Shown piece by piece: positions 1 through 11,439 of a DNA stretch of 64,000 nt (position 1 is the first letter of the stretch; each line of letters begins with the position of its first letter). This DNA is from Sphyrna mokarran. Its lineage: Eukaryota. Made by a program: the position numbers and the translations under genes. The stretch lies in contig JAGIQG010000012.1 in NCBI GenBank assembly GCA_024679065.1, positions 64,976,001-65,040,000 on the forward strand, read 5' to 3'. The notes beneath the pieces were generated by a model. The model searched no databases. It was given only the letters and a program-made list of their open reading frames with translations, and had not been told where the DNA came from.

Positions 1-1159
1 CAGAATCTGGGCTTCTCTGATTTCTGGTAGAAGCTCTTTGTGCTGAGATGGAAACTGAGACTTCAGTCATGAGATTTTGCAGAGGCAGAAGTCCTTTCAC
101 CAACTTCCTTTACAACTCTAACAGCAGACACAGAATGTGAGCAGTTAGCAGTCTACTTCCGGGGGTGTCAGAGGAACTGACACGTCTAGTTAAATTCTAG
201 GCAAAAACTCCCTGATTGAGCTATCAACTGAATCCTTAATCAGGGACATCTTTTGATGGGATCCTTAAACAGGAGCTCAGACTCCAATGGGCCAATCTCA
301 ATGGCTTGATTGAAGTCATTACAGTTCTGTATCATCGTTGGGTTCACAAGTGTGGGAGTGGAGTTAGCCACTACTTACAAACTGGAAAGGATGTGCTCCA
401 AACTTTACACTAGGCCTTGTACAAAGTTGGTGCTGGGTCCTTCTACATTCCATAGGTTTGCTGCCAACCCTCCCAATGTCAAGAGCACTTTGTTGCGCAT
501 AGCCATCAGCCTTTTATGCAAGCCCCCGTCAAAGTGCTCATCTGCGCCAGAATGTACAAGTATCCTACCCTGCCTGGTACTATCCCTCTCCTTGGCCCCA
601 GGTTATTTACGTCTAGTTTCACATCACATGCAGATCAGGCCCTTCATCTGCCCTTCAAAATTAAACACATTTACCAACTGAATTTGTCGATTGATGTTCC
701 AACTTGAATCATTTCTTTTTAAATATATAAAATGATTTCAATGTTTGAAATCCTGTAATGACATGTAGATTTTGGAGAAGTGGTGGGATTGAAGTGGTTT
801 CTATTAAAATATCGCAATTTGCCTGGATTTAAACAAACGCCTCCTGAGTGACAGCCTCTATTAAAGTGAGACAGAAACTATCCATCAGTACCATCACATC
901 GAATACATTTTTCACCATCTATTAATTTCATATTAAATTTATTACTCATGAAAAATGAAAGCTAATTCCCTTGTTAAACATATGGCATTCTGCAGTCAAG
1001 TAATTCCAGCAATAGGACACTGCACTGCCAACTGAGGACCATGGTTCAAATCCCAGCCTTGACTGCCATTCAACCATGCACAGCAGTGATTCTCAAGGGT
1101 TTGCTCAATGTCATCCCGCTTACAATCAAATTTCCCATCGTAGTGAGTCGCTCGGTAAA

Positions 1160-1655
1160 GGGGAAAGGATAGGGGAAGATTAGGAAGAGGGATAGAGGAG
1201 AGTTAGGGGCTCCAGTCCTTATTTGGATGGTGGCACAGTGATTGGCACTGCTGCTTCATTGTGCCAAGGACCCCGGTTCAATTCTGAATGTGAGGGGGAA
1301 GGGGAGAGGGAGGAACAGGGATGGGGAAAGGAGGGGGCTGCGAGTGAAATGGGAAGGATGGAGGGGAGGGGAGGGAGTGGAGGGTGGGATGGGATTGGGA
1401 AGGATAGGGGAGGGGCTGGGGAGAGGGGAGGAAGGGAAGTGAGCCGGAGGGGAGGACAGGGTGGGAGGAGGGAGAGAGTGGGAGGGGAGGACATGGAACG
1501 AGGGGATGAAAGGGAGAAGCGGATGGGGAGGGAGAGACGGAAGGGGAGGGATGGAGAGGAGGGTGGCAGAAGGAGGGGGAGGGGGATGGAGCATGGTGGG
1601 GAGAGGGAGTGTGCCAGGAGGAGGGGAGGGGGTGACCGGGGTTGTGGGAAGGTGA
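1160..1655 (+). repeat. Polypurine (G/A-rich) low-complexity tract
   Basis: Many GGG/GGGG runs separated by A; it produces the Pro/Ser- and Gly/Arg/Glu-rich junk ORFs. Confidence 0.9.
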
Positions 1656-1839
1656 ATGGCACATTTGGGATTTTGTTAACATTATAGAATTTCTGCCACA
1701 CTTCACCCCCATTTGCCTATTCAAACAAGCCTATTGCCCAGATTGCTGGGCAGCTGGCAGCAGGCACACCTCAAATTGGAAGTGGGTATTTCCAATGGGC
1801 AGTAAGATAACCGACCTTATTTTCAGGCCAGTACTGCCC

Positions 1840-2670
1840 CAGTAAAAGGACGTCCCACTTCCTGTGCGAAGAGGAACGTGTGCTTCCACTTTGCTAAGGA
1901 GAAGAGCACCTCCTGGTGCTAAGGGGAAGGTGTGATTCCTCCTGTGAAAGGGGAGGACATGCATTCCCCTCATACTGAGGGGAGAGGGTGCATCCCCTTG
2001 TGTTAAAGTCAGGATGTGCAAATATGAAGATTTGCACCCCCTAGTGCTCATGGGAGGATATGCACCCTCTTGGGCTGAAGGGAGGATGTGCTTCTCCTCT
2101 TCTAATTCAAGCATGTGCACCCTTGTGTTCAGTGGATCATCTCCACCACCTTGTGGTAAGAGGAGGCCGTGCACCCCTGGTGCAAAGGACAGAATGTGCC
2201 TCCTCCTGTCCTATTTGGATGATGTGCAGCCGCTGTGTAAAAGAGAAGTTGTGCTCTCTCTAGGAGAATTGGCACTTCCTTGTGGTAATGAAAAGATGTG
2301 TAGCCCCTTGTACTAAGCGAAAGATCTGCCTTCTCTTCTGCTAATTGGAAGATGTGCCTCGTCCTGTACTAATTAGAGGGCGCCAAGGGGAAGATATGAT
2401 TCCTCCTGTGTAAAAGGAAGAATGTGCAACCCCTTTTGCTAAGAGAATATGTGCAACCCATTTGTGTTAATGTGAGGATGTGCACTCCCAGTGCTCATGG
2501 AAGGATTTACACACCCTTGTGCCAAGAGGAGGATATGCCTCCCGCTGTTCTAATTGGATTTGTGCACCATCTTTTGCTAAGGCAAGGGTGAAACTCCTGT
2601 TATGCTAATCAGATGATGTGTCGCCTCTTCCATGAAGGGGAGGATATGCACTAAGGGATAGTGCACATTA
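1840..2670. repeat. Degenerate ~28-bp minisatellite, left part (approx. CCTCCTGTGCTAAGGGGAGGATGTGCAC)
   Basis: Recurrent gtgctaaggggagga-tgtgcac-cctcct motifs at ~28-bp spacing. Confidence 0.8.
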
Positions 2671-2732
2671 GCAGAATAGGAGACACATCCATCCCTTAAC
2701 ATTAGGTTAAAATCCAACAGGTTTATTTGGAA

Positions 2733-2769
2733 TCATGAGCTTTCGGACCACTGCTCCTTCATCAGATGA
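2733..2769 (-). ncRNA. Minimal type-I hammerhead ribozyme motif in the PLE pseudo-LTR (core intact)
   Basis: Minus strand reads TCAT-CTGATGA-A-GGAGC-AGT-GGTCC-GAAA-GC-TC-ATGA: stem I TCAT/ATGA, CUGAUGA core, stem II with one mismatch, GAAA, vestigial stem III, UC cleavage site. Confidence 0.8.
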
Positions 2770-4047
2770 GTGGAGTGGTAGGATCACAAACACAGCATAT
2801 ATAGACAGAGACTCAATTGCAAGATAATGATTGGAATGTGAGCCATTACAGGTAATCAAGTCTTTACGGTTAGAGACAGTGCGAGTGGAAGAGGGATAAT
2901 GGCAGATTAAAAAGAGGTGTGAATTGTCTCAAGTCAGGACAGTTCGTAGGATTTTGTAATCCCAGGCCAAATGGTTACATGTAGTGTGACATGATCCCAA
3001 GATCCTGGCTGAAGCCGTCCTCATGTGTGCGTGGAACTTAGCTATCAGTTTCTGCTCAATGATTCTGCATGTGGCTATCAGTTCCTGCCTGGCAATTCTC
3101 TATTGTCATGTGTCTTGAAGGCCGCCTTGGAGAACGCTTAACTGAAGATAAAAGGCTGAATGCCTGTGACTGCTGAAGTGTTCCCCAACGGGAACGGACA
3201 CTCCTGCCTGGTGATTGTTGAGCGGTGTCCATTCATCTGTTATCATAGCATCTGCATGGTCCCACAAACAAGCCCTCTGTACGCACAGGATCTGATCAGA
3301 TAAGGGGGAATTCAACAGATACTAACAGATACTGAAAGACGCCATCATAAGAACAGGATATGGCGCTTGACTCATCACTTGACAGTTCTGACATGCCACA
3401 GTGTAAAACCACACTGTCCTCCTCAGAAGATAAACACAGGACAGACAACAGAGTACCCTTTGTCCACCAGTATTTCTCCGGAGAAAAGAAGCTACAATAT
3501 CTTCTTTGGAGCCTTCAATATGTCAGCGATGAAAACAAACATCTCGCCAAGGCCATCCCACACCCCCTACTACTTGCCTTTGAACAGACCATTGTTCACA
3601 GCAAACTGTTCAACCTTCAAGAGAACAGTGGCTATGACACAGCAACCTCTGCAAGACATGCTGGGTCTTCGACACAAATGTCATCATCACACATGAGAAC
3701 ACCATCCACCAAGTATACAGTACACACTCATGCGACTTGGCCAACGTTGTCTACCTCATATGCTACAGGAAAGGATGTCCTGAGGCATGGTACATCAGCA
3801 AGACCATGCAGACGTTACAATAATGGATGAATGGACACTGCTCAACAATCATCAGGAAGGAGTGTCCATTCTCGTTGGGGAACACTTCAGCAATCAAGGG
3901 TATTCAGCTTCCAATATTTGGGTAAATGTTCTCCAGGATAGTCTTCAAAACACACAACAACACAGAATCGCCCAGCAGAAGTTGATAGCCAAGTTCTGCA
4001 CACATGAGGACAGTCTCAACTGGGATCTTAGATTCATGTCACACTAT

Positions 4048-4144
4048 AGATGTAGAGATAGGAACATCGGGGTGGCAGCGCAGGCTCGTTGGGCCGAAGG
4101 GCCTGTTTCCTGTGCTGTTTTGTTCTTTGATCTTTGTTCTTTGT
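4048..4144 (+). mobile_element. CR1 LINE 3' tail nested in the PLE
   Basis: GGGCCGAAGGGCCTGTTTCCTGTGCTG followed by an 8-bp (GTTCTTT-like) tandem tail; PLE sequence resumes afterwards. Confidence 0.75.
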
Positions 4145-4359
4145 TATATGTAATCCCCATCATTGATTGCAAAATCCTACTAACTGTCCTAGCTTGAGAT
4201 AATTCACACCTCTTTAACCTGCGATTAACCCTCTCTCCATTCATATTGTCTGTATTTGTAAAGATTTGATTACATCTAAAAACTCACGTTCCAACTATTA
4301 TCTTGCAATTGAGTCTCTGCCTATCTATATATGCCCTGTTTGTGAACCCACCTCTCCAC

Positions 4360-4396
4360 TCACCTGATAGAGGAGCTACGCTCCAAAAGCTCGTGA
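4360..4396 (+). ncRNA. Degenerate hammerhead ribozyme motif in the PLE pseudo-LTR
   Basis: TCAC-CTGATAGA-GGAGC-TAC-GCTCC-AAAA-GC-TC-GTGA: stems are perfect but the core is mutated (CUGAUAG; AAAA instead of GAAA). Confidence 0.7.
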
Positions 4397-4549
4397 TTCC
4401 AAATAAACCTGTTGGACTTTAACCTGGCATTGTGAAACTTCTTACTGTGCCTATCACAGTCCAATGCTGGCACCTCCACATCATGACCATTCATCCCTTG
4501 GAACAGGAAAGTGCAGATCCTCCACTCAGCAGAGGAGGGTCCCAGATCA

Positions 4550-4740
4550 TGGGGGATGCTGGGACATTGGGTAAGTTTAAGAAATAAGTGGACATAGTTA
4601 AGTAGTGAGGTTTGAAGGGCTATGGTAAACAGGCAGGAAAGTGGAGTTGAGGCTAAGATGAGATCAGCAACAATCGTGTTAAATGACAGAGCAGCCTCAG
4701 GAGGCTAGATTGCCTTCCCCTGCTCCTAGTTCACTTGTGA
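4550..4740 (+). mobile_element. CR1-type LINE 3' fragment
   Basis: AAGGGCTATGG...GCAGGAAAGTGGAGTTGAGG...GATCAGC...CCTGCTCCTAGTTC pattern of shark CR1 3' UTRs. Confidence 0.7.
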
Positions 4741-4759
4741 TGTGGAGATGCTGGCATAA

Positions 4760-5500
4760 TTCACCTGTGTTAAGGGGACGATATGCACTCTTTTTTGCTG
4801 AGGTGGATATGCTCCTTCCTGTGCTGAAGGGGAAGTGTACCAGTCTATTCCAAGGCAAAGATGTGCCTTCTCCTCTGCTGTGCATCTTGCGGTGCTAAAG
4901 AGAGAATGTGTATCCTTTTATACTAAGAGGAGGATGAGCACCTTGTTATGATAAGAGGACAATGTTCCTTCTTTGGTGTTAAGTGGTGGATATGCACCAT
5001 CTTGTACCAATGGAAGGATATGCACCTTCCTCTCCTCAGTGGAGGATCCGCACCCTCCTGTTCCAAGAGATGGATGTACCTACTCCTTTGTTAAGGGGAG
5101 GATGGGCACTCTCCTGTGTAAGGAGATAATGTGTGAAAGCTTCCTGTGCTAATGGCAGAATGTGATCCCTTCTCTCCTGAGGGTAAAATGTGCACTGCCT
5201 GATGCTAAGGAAAGGAAGCACACCCTCCTGTGCTCCGTGGAGGATTCACAGCCTCCTGCTGTAAGGGATGGATGTGTCTCCTCCCCTGCTAAGGAGAGGA
5301 TGTGTCTCCTAAGTAGAGGATGTATACCAACCCTGTTCCAAGGAAAAGATGTGCACCCTCCTCTGCTAAGGGGACAAAGTGCACAATCTTGCACTAAGGT
5401 GGGAAAATGCACCTTCCTGTACTAAGAGGATGGGATGTGAAGCCTGCTGTGCTAAGGGGAGCATCTGCATTCTCCTGTGTTGATGGTAGGGATGCATGCA
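4760..5500. repeat. Same ~28-bp minisatellite, right part
   Basis: Same unit and orientation as 1840-2670, resuming after the Penelope and CR1 insertions. Confidence 0.8.
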
Positions 5501-6044
5501 GCTGGGTGCTGCACATCTCCAAATTGTATGAAGTCAGAAAATTATGAATGAAATCTTTTTTTCGTCTTGAAATGAGTTGAAAGATTGAGGGAGAGAGAAT
5601 AGTTGCTTTCATTATGAAGGTTGTCCAGTTGATTATCCTCTTGAAGTGTTGTGTCCTGCAGAGTGAGGACCGGGGAGAAGGAAAATGAGTTTAGGCTGAA
5701 TAGCTCTTCATAGACTATCTCAGACACCAGAAGCCTGGTGGCTTACTTCTCTCTCAGAATTTTTCCATTAGACTTTTTCCATTTTTAGGGCAACCTGTTT
5801 CCCTGAATGCTTCTAATGTCTATTTCTACCTTCAATTTTCCTGTGTTAATTGACCCTATTTTAGGATCTGAGCAAAATCTTCAAAATCAACTTAAATATG
5901 TATCACTATTTTCAAAATTTAATCATTTAGTCATTCCTTTCCAGGGTAAAAAGTGACCATTGTGAAGTGTTTCTAATCTTGCTTTCAGATATTTTATGAA
6001 TGAAGTACATTTTTGCAAAACAAAATACAACCATTAAATAAAAT

Positions 6045-6120
6045 ATCAAGGAACAAGAACAAAGAACAAAACAGCACGGGAAACAGGCCCTTCGGCCCAA
6101 CAAGCCTGTGCCACCACTAT
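6045..6120 (-). mobile_element. CR1 3' tail fragment
   Basis: GAACAAAGAACAAAACAGCACGGGAAACAGGCCCTTCGGCCCAAC is the reverse complement of the tail at 4090-4144. Confidence 0.75.
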
Positions 6121-6194
6121 GATGTTGTTCTGCAGTGAATTTTCTGCTCAGAGCCTTAACTCCATTGATGGAGGTTACTAAAGGTTGATACATT

Positions 6195-6483
6195 TGAAAG
6201 GTTTACATTAACACCACAACTAAGTTGCTGTGAAAATCCCTTAGTTACCACATTCTGGAACCTGTTCAGATACACTGAGGGAGAATTTAGAATGGTCAAT
6301 ACATCTAACCAACATGTCTTTCAGATTGTGGGAGGAAACCAGAACATCCTCCCCGGAAGAAACGCAAGCTGATACAAGGAGGACATGCAGATTCTACACA
6401 GACAGTAACCCAAGTCAGAAATTGAATCTGAGTCCTTGGTACTGTGAGGCAGCAGTGCTCACCACTGTGTTACCATGCCACCC
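6195..6483 (-). mobile_element. tRNA-derived SINE (HE1-like/V-SINE)
   Basis: Reverse complement of the head GGCATGGTAACACAGTGGTGAGCACTGCTGCCTCACAG and the core GGTTTCCTCCCACA; similar to other copies in the window. Confidence 0.85.
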
Positions 6484-6867
6484 AAAATTGAGACTTCAAT
6501 ATTAATGTTTTTAAGACACACATTTAAAGGGATGGATCCCAGTAAGCCTCCAGATGATTTTATATCTCAGATCTTGTGTGCACATTTGGGGACTGGGCTG
6601 TTGTACTCACTTGAAGCGTAATGAAAATTGCAAACCATAAATCAATGTGGAACTGCATTAATTATTTAAAACTATTGCAATGACCATGATTGATATCTTC
6701 GCCCCACCACATTCATTCTAAAACCCTGAGTGTTTTATGCCAGGAATTTTCTTTCCCAATCCAATGAGCTGCTGAAATGTCTTTCGTGTTTTCGGTGTGA
6801 GACTATCGTACTTAGAAATGTGTTAAAATTATTTGTGAATTCTTTGCCAAACAACTCAGCATTTAGA

Positions 6868-7167
6868 GGTAGCACGGTGGCACAGTGTCTGCTGCCTCAC
6901 AGTGCCAGGGTCCTGATTTCGATTCCAGGCTTGAAGTACTGTGTGGGCAGAGTCTACACATTCTCCCCATGTCTCTGTGGGTTTCCTCTGGGCACTCTAG
7001 TTTCCTCCCACATTCCGAAAAATGTGCTGGTTTGGTGCTAAATTGGCCGTACTAAATTTTCTCTCAGTGTACTCGAATAGGCGCTGGAGTGTGGCAATTA
7101 GGGGATTTTCACAATGCCTTCAATGCCGTGTTAATGTATGCCTACATATGATGCTAATAAATAAACT
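6868..7167 (+). mobile_element. tRNA-derived SINE (HE1-like/V-SINE)
   Basis: GCACGGTGGCACAGTG head, TTCGATTCC B-box, GTGGGTTTCCTC...TTTCCTCCCACA core, AATAAATAAACT tail. Lies head-to-head with the 6195-6483 copy. Confidence 0.85.
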
Positions 7168-7217
7168 CTAATTACTTTGGCACAAAATTTCTTCTTGCAC
7201 TGAAGACAATTGCTGTT

Positions 7218-7236
7218 TGGCCATTAGGTGGCAGCG
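7218..7236 (+). promoter_or_regulatory. CTCF-like motif
   Basis: TGGCCATTAGGTGGCAGCG; 13/14 match to CCASYAGRKGGCRS, with the typical TGG lead-in. Confidence 0.7.
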
Positions 7237-10138
7237 CAGTACCGTTTGAGCTAGGGATTCAGGGGCTGCAACTTCTGAATGTTTTTTCCCCTTGTTAAAG
7301 ACACGCAAAGTTATATGATGCCATGTTTACATCGGCGCCAAAGCAAAGACGGAACAGAAATTACCTCGCAACACCCGCTGGCTCTCATGAAAGCTTTATA
7401 ATGCACAGTGTTCTCAATTGGGGATTTGCATCTCAACCCACTATATCTGATCATCTGTATGTGATGGTGTCTGAGCATTTGTGTGTCTGTGGGGGCGGGG
7501 GAGGGTGCTGCAAGATTGCACATCGGAATAGTGCATGCAATTCGCCAATTGTAAACACTCCCTCTCACCTACAAAAAAATCCAATGGGTTTCTTCAGGGA
7601 TTGTCTCCCCCCGCCATCCTGGGATAAACTTTCCCCCCTACAAACCAGATCAAATTAGAAGTGATAAACTTTCTAAAAAAGGTGGTGGAAATCAGTGAGG
7701 GGCCGGCAGGCTAGTTTTCAGGATCAGGATTAAGCGCTGGGCAGCTGTTTACATTGAGTGACAAACACTGGGATTTAGGGAATGCGGTTTGGTTTTTCAC
7801 TTCTCGAGGCCATTTCACTCCTGGAAACTCCAAGAGTGAAATTGGTCAGCGATGGGCGCCTTTCTCCTGGAAGTCTTAGACTGGCAGTGGTTACATTCCA
7901 AATGGGGAGGGGGGCGGGAGAGGGGAGAGGGGCGAGGGGTGGGGGCTATAATATTTATCCCCCACTGCTTTGACAGCGATTGTAACAACACTCGCACAAC
8001 ACGAAAGAGGTTAGCACCTCCGGCCGAACCTCCTCACTCCATTGTCTGAAACGTATGCAGTCTGAATATGGATGTGCATTTCCCGGTGTGAAGCCTCAGC
8101 TTAGGGGGTCGACTGATGTTCCTCGGCGGGATCTGGGCCGAATTCTTTGAGATCCCGGCTCTACATTCAATCATGAGGCGGGAGTTTGACTTTCTCAAAA
8201 AAATGTATGTTCACCAAATCATCATTGAAACCCTCTTTCTCTTAAATCGCAATTATCTTCGCTTCCCCCTGTGTTTTGTGGTGGAGTGTCCTGTAAAATG
8301 ACCTTTCTGTACACCCAGGTCTATATATTAATTAATGTATATGGGTTTCTGCAGAGTATCGCCAGCGCATGCAGAAATTATTCTTTAGAGAGCTGGAGTG
8401 GGGTTTTTTTTAGCTCGAAACAGAGCAAGTTTAGCTGAGACTGGGGTTCACAGAATCTGATAAATACAAATATTCCCGTACAAAAGTGAACATTTAATTC
8501 TCGCTCGCCCATGCCCGGGATATGAGATTGGGCAAAGCACAAACTCCTCTTCCCTCCCCTCCACCAAAAATCTCCCCGCAAAACACCTATTTTAATAACA
8601 TGGATTTATTTTGGAATGTCCACCGTACGCTATTTACCAGGAATATGGGACGTGGAAGCAAACACTTCGATCGTGGCTGGGACGACATTCTGTAATTCTT
8701 TCTCGCTTGAAAGGTGTCCTTGGATCGAGATCTGTGTCTCTTTTATATCCTTTTGCTGGCTTCAGTCAGAAGAAAAAAATTGACAGTAAATGCACAGGCC
8801 GTTAGATGTAACTGCGTGTAAATCTTATCACAGCCAGAGAAGGGATATCGTCACAGATCAATAGATTTAGACTAATGTATTCATTGCGACTCAAACTATC
8901 TCTAAATTGATTGATGGATCTGGAGTAGAAGGGGTAATTATATTCACGGTGGTTTCGTTGGCAGTTAACTTTTACTGGTTAATTGGGACCGTCTTTTCAG
9001 TTGGAGAAGTACATTTCGGAAATCAGTCGGCCTCAAATCTTTTCCTGGTGAAAATAGCGGGCAGATGGGAAAAACCCAGGATATTTCTTCTGGAGAATTC
9101 CTCTCCGTGCACATTGATAATGAACACTTGGCTTTTTCCAAATGACCATCGGGGTTATGGCCATATTGGAATTCACACAGTGTGAGTGACATTTACACCT
9201 CTCTACATAAGGACACTTTGTGATATATATATATATACATAAGAACACAATGAGCATATAAATATAAAACATATAAATAAGAACGCAGCGATATATATAC
9301 ATATATATAATGTATATATCACTGAACTTCAGCCCTGTCCCTAACGCGCTCATGCTTTCGGTGATAGGGAGTCGGCTCCTCGAATGGATTAGAGTTTGGG
9401 TTTGGTTCAGGCATTTCTGATTTGCGTGTACTAGGAATACGTGTGCAATTCCTGCTTTTCTATTTCAGTTCTGCGATGCAGGATACATTGAAGTGTTCAG
9501 TCATGGCACACACACACACACACCCGGCTATGTTGAAACTGTATCTAAACCACTTGCAGAATATAATTTCTTTCCCATCCTATCTACAGAAATGAAATCT
9601 GAAACTAGGGTAAGAGAGAGATATAACGCAACTACTGAGAGTTCACCCGGCAGAGAGAGAATATATATCCTGGTTTAGAATAAAGAACTCCCTAGATAGC
9701 AATAAAATTGTTGTTGCTTTAGGAGCCACGCAAATCGTCAGGTTAAATAATGATTTGATACCGAGGTGGACATTCTGAGATTAAATGTTGAAATTTCTCT
9801 TTTACTATATGTGTGTCGTGTTCTCGCTATTTTCTGGCAGATCTGACCGCGCAACTTTTCAAACACATATCAATTTCAGTGTGGGGTCATTTCTGAAGGA
9901 ATATTAATTTTATCTCCAGAGTATTTCAGCGGTCGACACGAACGTGTCCACAAAAATCAGTTGACACATTTCCGTACAGACAGAAGCACATAAAAGTACA
10001 GACTGCTTCAGAGTTTGGCAAAAAAAATCTTCCCTTTAATGTGGACATCAACGTGCCGGCATTTTGGTGTTTACCTGGAAGCTGGATATGTTTGCGTTTG
10101 CCTTTTAGTGCCAGGTGAGTTCTGTGTGAAGAGATGTC

Positions 10139-10300
10139 CTGATGTAGAGATGCCGGCGTTGGACTGGGGTAAACACAGTAAGAAGTCTGACAACACCAGC
10201 TTTAAGTCAGGTGAAGACGCAGAGGAGTACCTCGAAAGCTTGTGATTTTACTATCAAATAAATCAGTTGGATTTAAACCTGGTGTTGTCAGACTTCTTAC
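10139..10300. mobile_element. Short fold-back derivative of a Penelope pseudo-LTR
   Basis: Perfect 22-bp inverted repeat, GTAAGAAGTCTGACAACACCAG (10178-10199) / CTGGTGTTGTCAGACTTCTTAC (10279-10300). Similar to the PLE end at 4400-4485. Encloses a hammerhead-like GAGG-AGTA-CCTC-GAAA-GC-TT-GTGA. Confidence 0.8.
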
Positions 10301-10387
10301 AGAGATTGTCCTGCCAGGGGTAGGTAAGGATTGAGGACTGATCCACTGCCCCGCCCCACTCCCCTTCCCCTCTTCTTACTGACTGCG

Positions 10388-10670
10388 GGAGGCAGTAAAG
10401 TATAGTGTTGTCACTGGATTAGTTATCCAGAGATTCTGGAGATCTGGATTCGAATCCCACCAGAGCAGGTAGGAAAATTTGAATTCAATTTTAAAAATGG
10501 AATTAAAAGTCTAATGAGATATAAAACCATTTTCAATTGTCGTAAAAACCCATCTCCTTCAATAATGGGAAGGAAATCTGCCATCATTGCTTGGTCTGAC
10601 CTACATCTGACTTCAGACCCAACGGTCCTCGGGGATGGGTAAGACAGCCCACATCCCATGAATGAGCTTT
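10388..10670 (+). mobile_element. tRNA-derived SINE, second family
   Basis: GATTCGAATCCCACC B-box; GGAAGGAAATCTGCCATC...GGTCTGACCTACAT core; ACATCCCATGAATGA tail. Homologous to 20694-21045. Confidence 0.75.
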
Positions 10671-10675
10671 TAAAA

Positions 10676-10968
10676 ATTTATTTATTAGCGTCATAAGTAG
10701 GCTTACATTAACATTGCAATGAAATTACTGTGAAAATCCCCCACTGGCCACACTCCAGCGCTTTTTTGGATACACTGAGGGAGAATTTAGGATGGCCAAT
10801 ATATGTAATCAACAGGTCTTTCGGACTATGGGGAGGAACCGGAGCACCCACACAGACACGGAAAGAACGTGCAGACTCCTCACAGACGGTGACCCAAGCC
10901 GGGACTCGAACCCAGGAGTCCCTGGCGCTGTGAAGTAGCAGTGCTAACCACTGTGCCATCGTGCTGCC
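10676..10968 (-). mobile_element. tRNA-derived SINE (HE1-like/V-SINE)
   Basis: Reverse complement of GGCAGCACGATGGCACAGTGGTTAGCACTGCT...GGTTCGAGTCCCGGCTTGGGTCAC; CpG-rich, relatively young or unmethylated. Confidence 0.9.
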
Positions 10969-11439
10969 TCAAAAGAAACCTCTCAAAGTGGCAAAGAACC
11001 GCTGCTGTAATTTGGGGAGCAGCACCTCAGCCACAGCCGGCTGTCAGGTCCTTATGTATTCTTGGGTCAGGAGATTTTGGAGCCGGTGTGGCCGAGCTGG
11101 TCGGGAATGCGTGCAAAGGAACTCATTCCTGTTGTGTGAGCTTCCCTTGAAGGCGAACAATGGGTCGGAGTGTTTAGCGACTGAGCCCCAGACAATCGCC
11201 GATTCATTCCGGGAGATGTGTCACCAAAGCCCGAAGAAAAGCTAACATGACATCTGTTTTAATGGTTTCTTGCTAATAAACTCTTATCCAATGGCGTCTT
11301 TGTTGAGACGTCAAAGATTATTTACAGAATCACTCAGTTTCTCAAATTGTTTCCTGATTGTTTCCTCCAGTTCCCGGTAGGGTGGTGCCGAGAAAGATCG
11401 CGGGGACAGAAGGGGAGAGCGCTCCACCTCAGCGGGACG

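Larger units (their letters stand above)
2703..4485 (+). mobile_element. Penelope-like retroelement (GIY-YIG endonuclease region plus pseudo-LTR), 5'-truncated, with an inverted copy of its 3' end
   Basis: Plus strand ~3265-4050 encodes decayed RVPFVHQYF...LAKAIPHPLLLAF...VGEHFSNQGYSASNIWVNVLQ...RIAQQKLIAKFCTHEDSLNWDLRFMSHY, typical of the PLE linker and endonuclease. ~2705-3265 is the reverse complement of the element's 3' portion (VGEHFSSHRHSA on minus; CCAACAGGTTTATTTGGAATCA vs TGATTCCAAATAAACCTGTTGG). Multiple frameshifts. Confidence 0.9.

Noticed and set aside
1-700. 123-aa ORF and possible LTR or retroelement remnant
   Set aside because: No recognisable protein motif or terminal structure; left unassigned.
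1010-1070. tRNA-like B-box (GGTTCAAATCCC), and similar heads elsewhere, as tRNA genes
   Set aside because: No cloverleaf can be formed; these are decayed SINE heads.
1219-1724. Pro/Ser-rich and Gly/Arg/Glu-rich ORFs
   Set aside because: Translation of a polypurine low-complexity tract.
6195-7167. Head-to-head SINE pair as a composite element with inverted termini
   Set aside because: Two independent copies of an abundant family with different internal deletions and no shared TSD.
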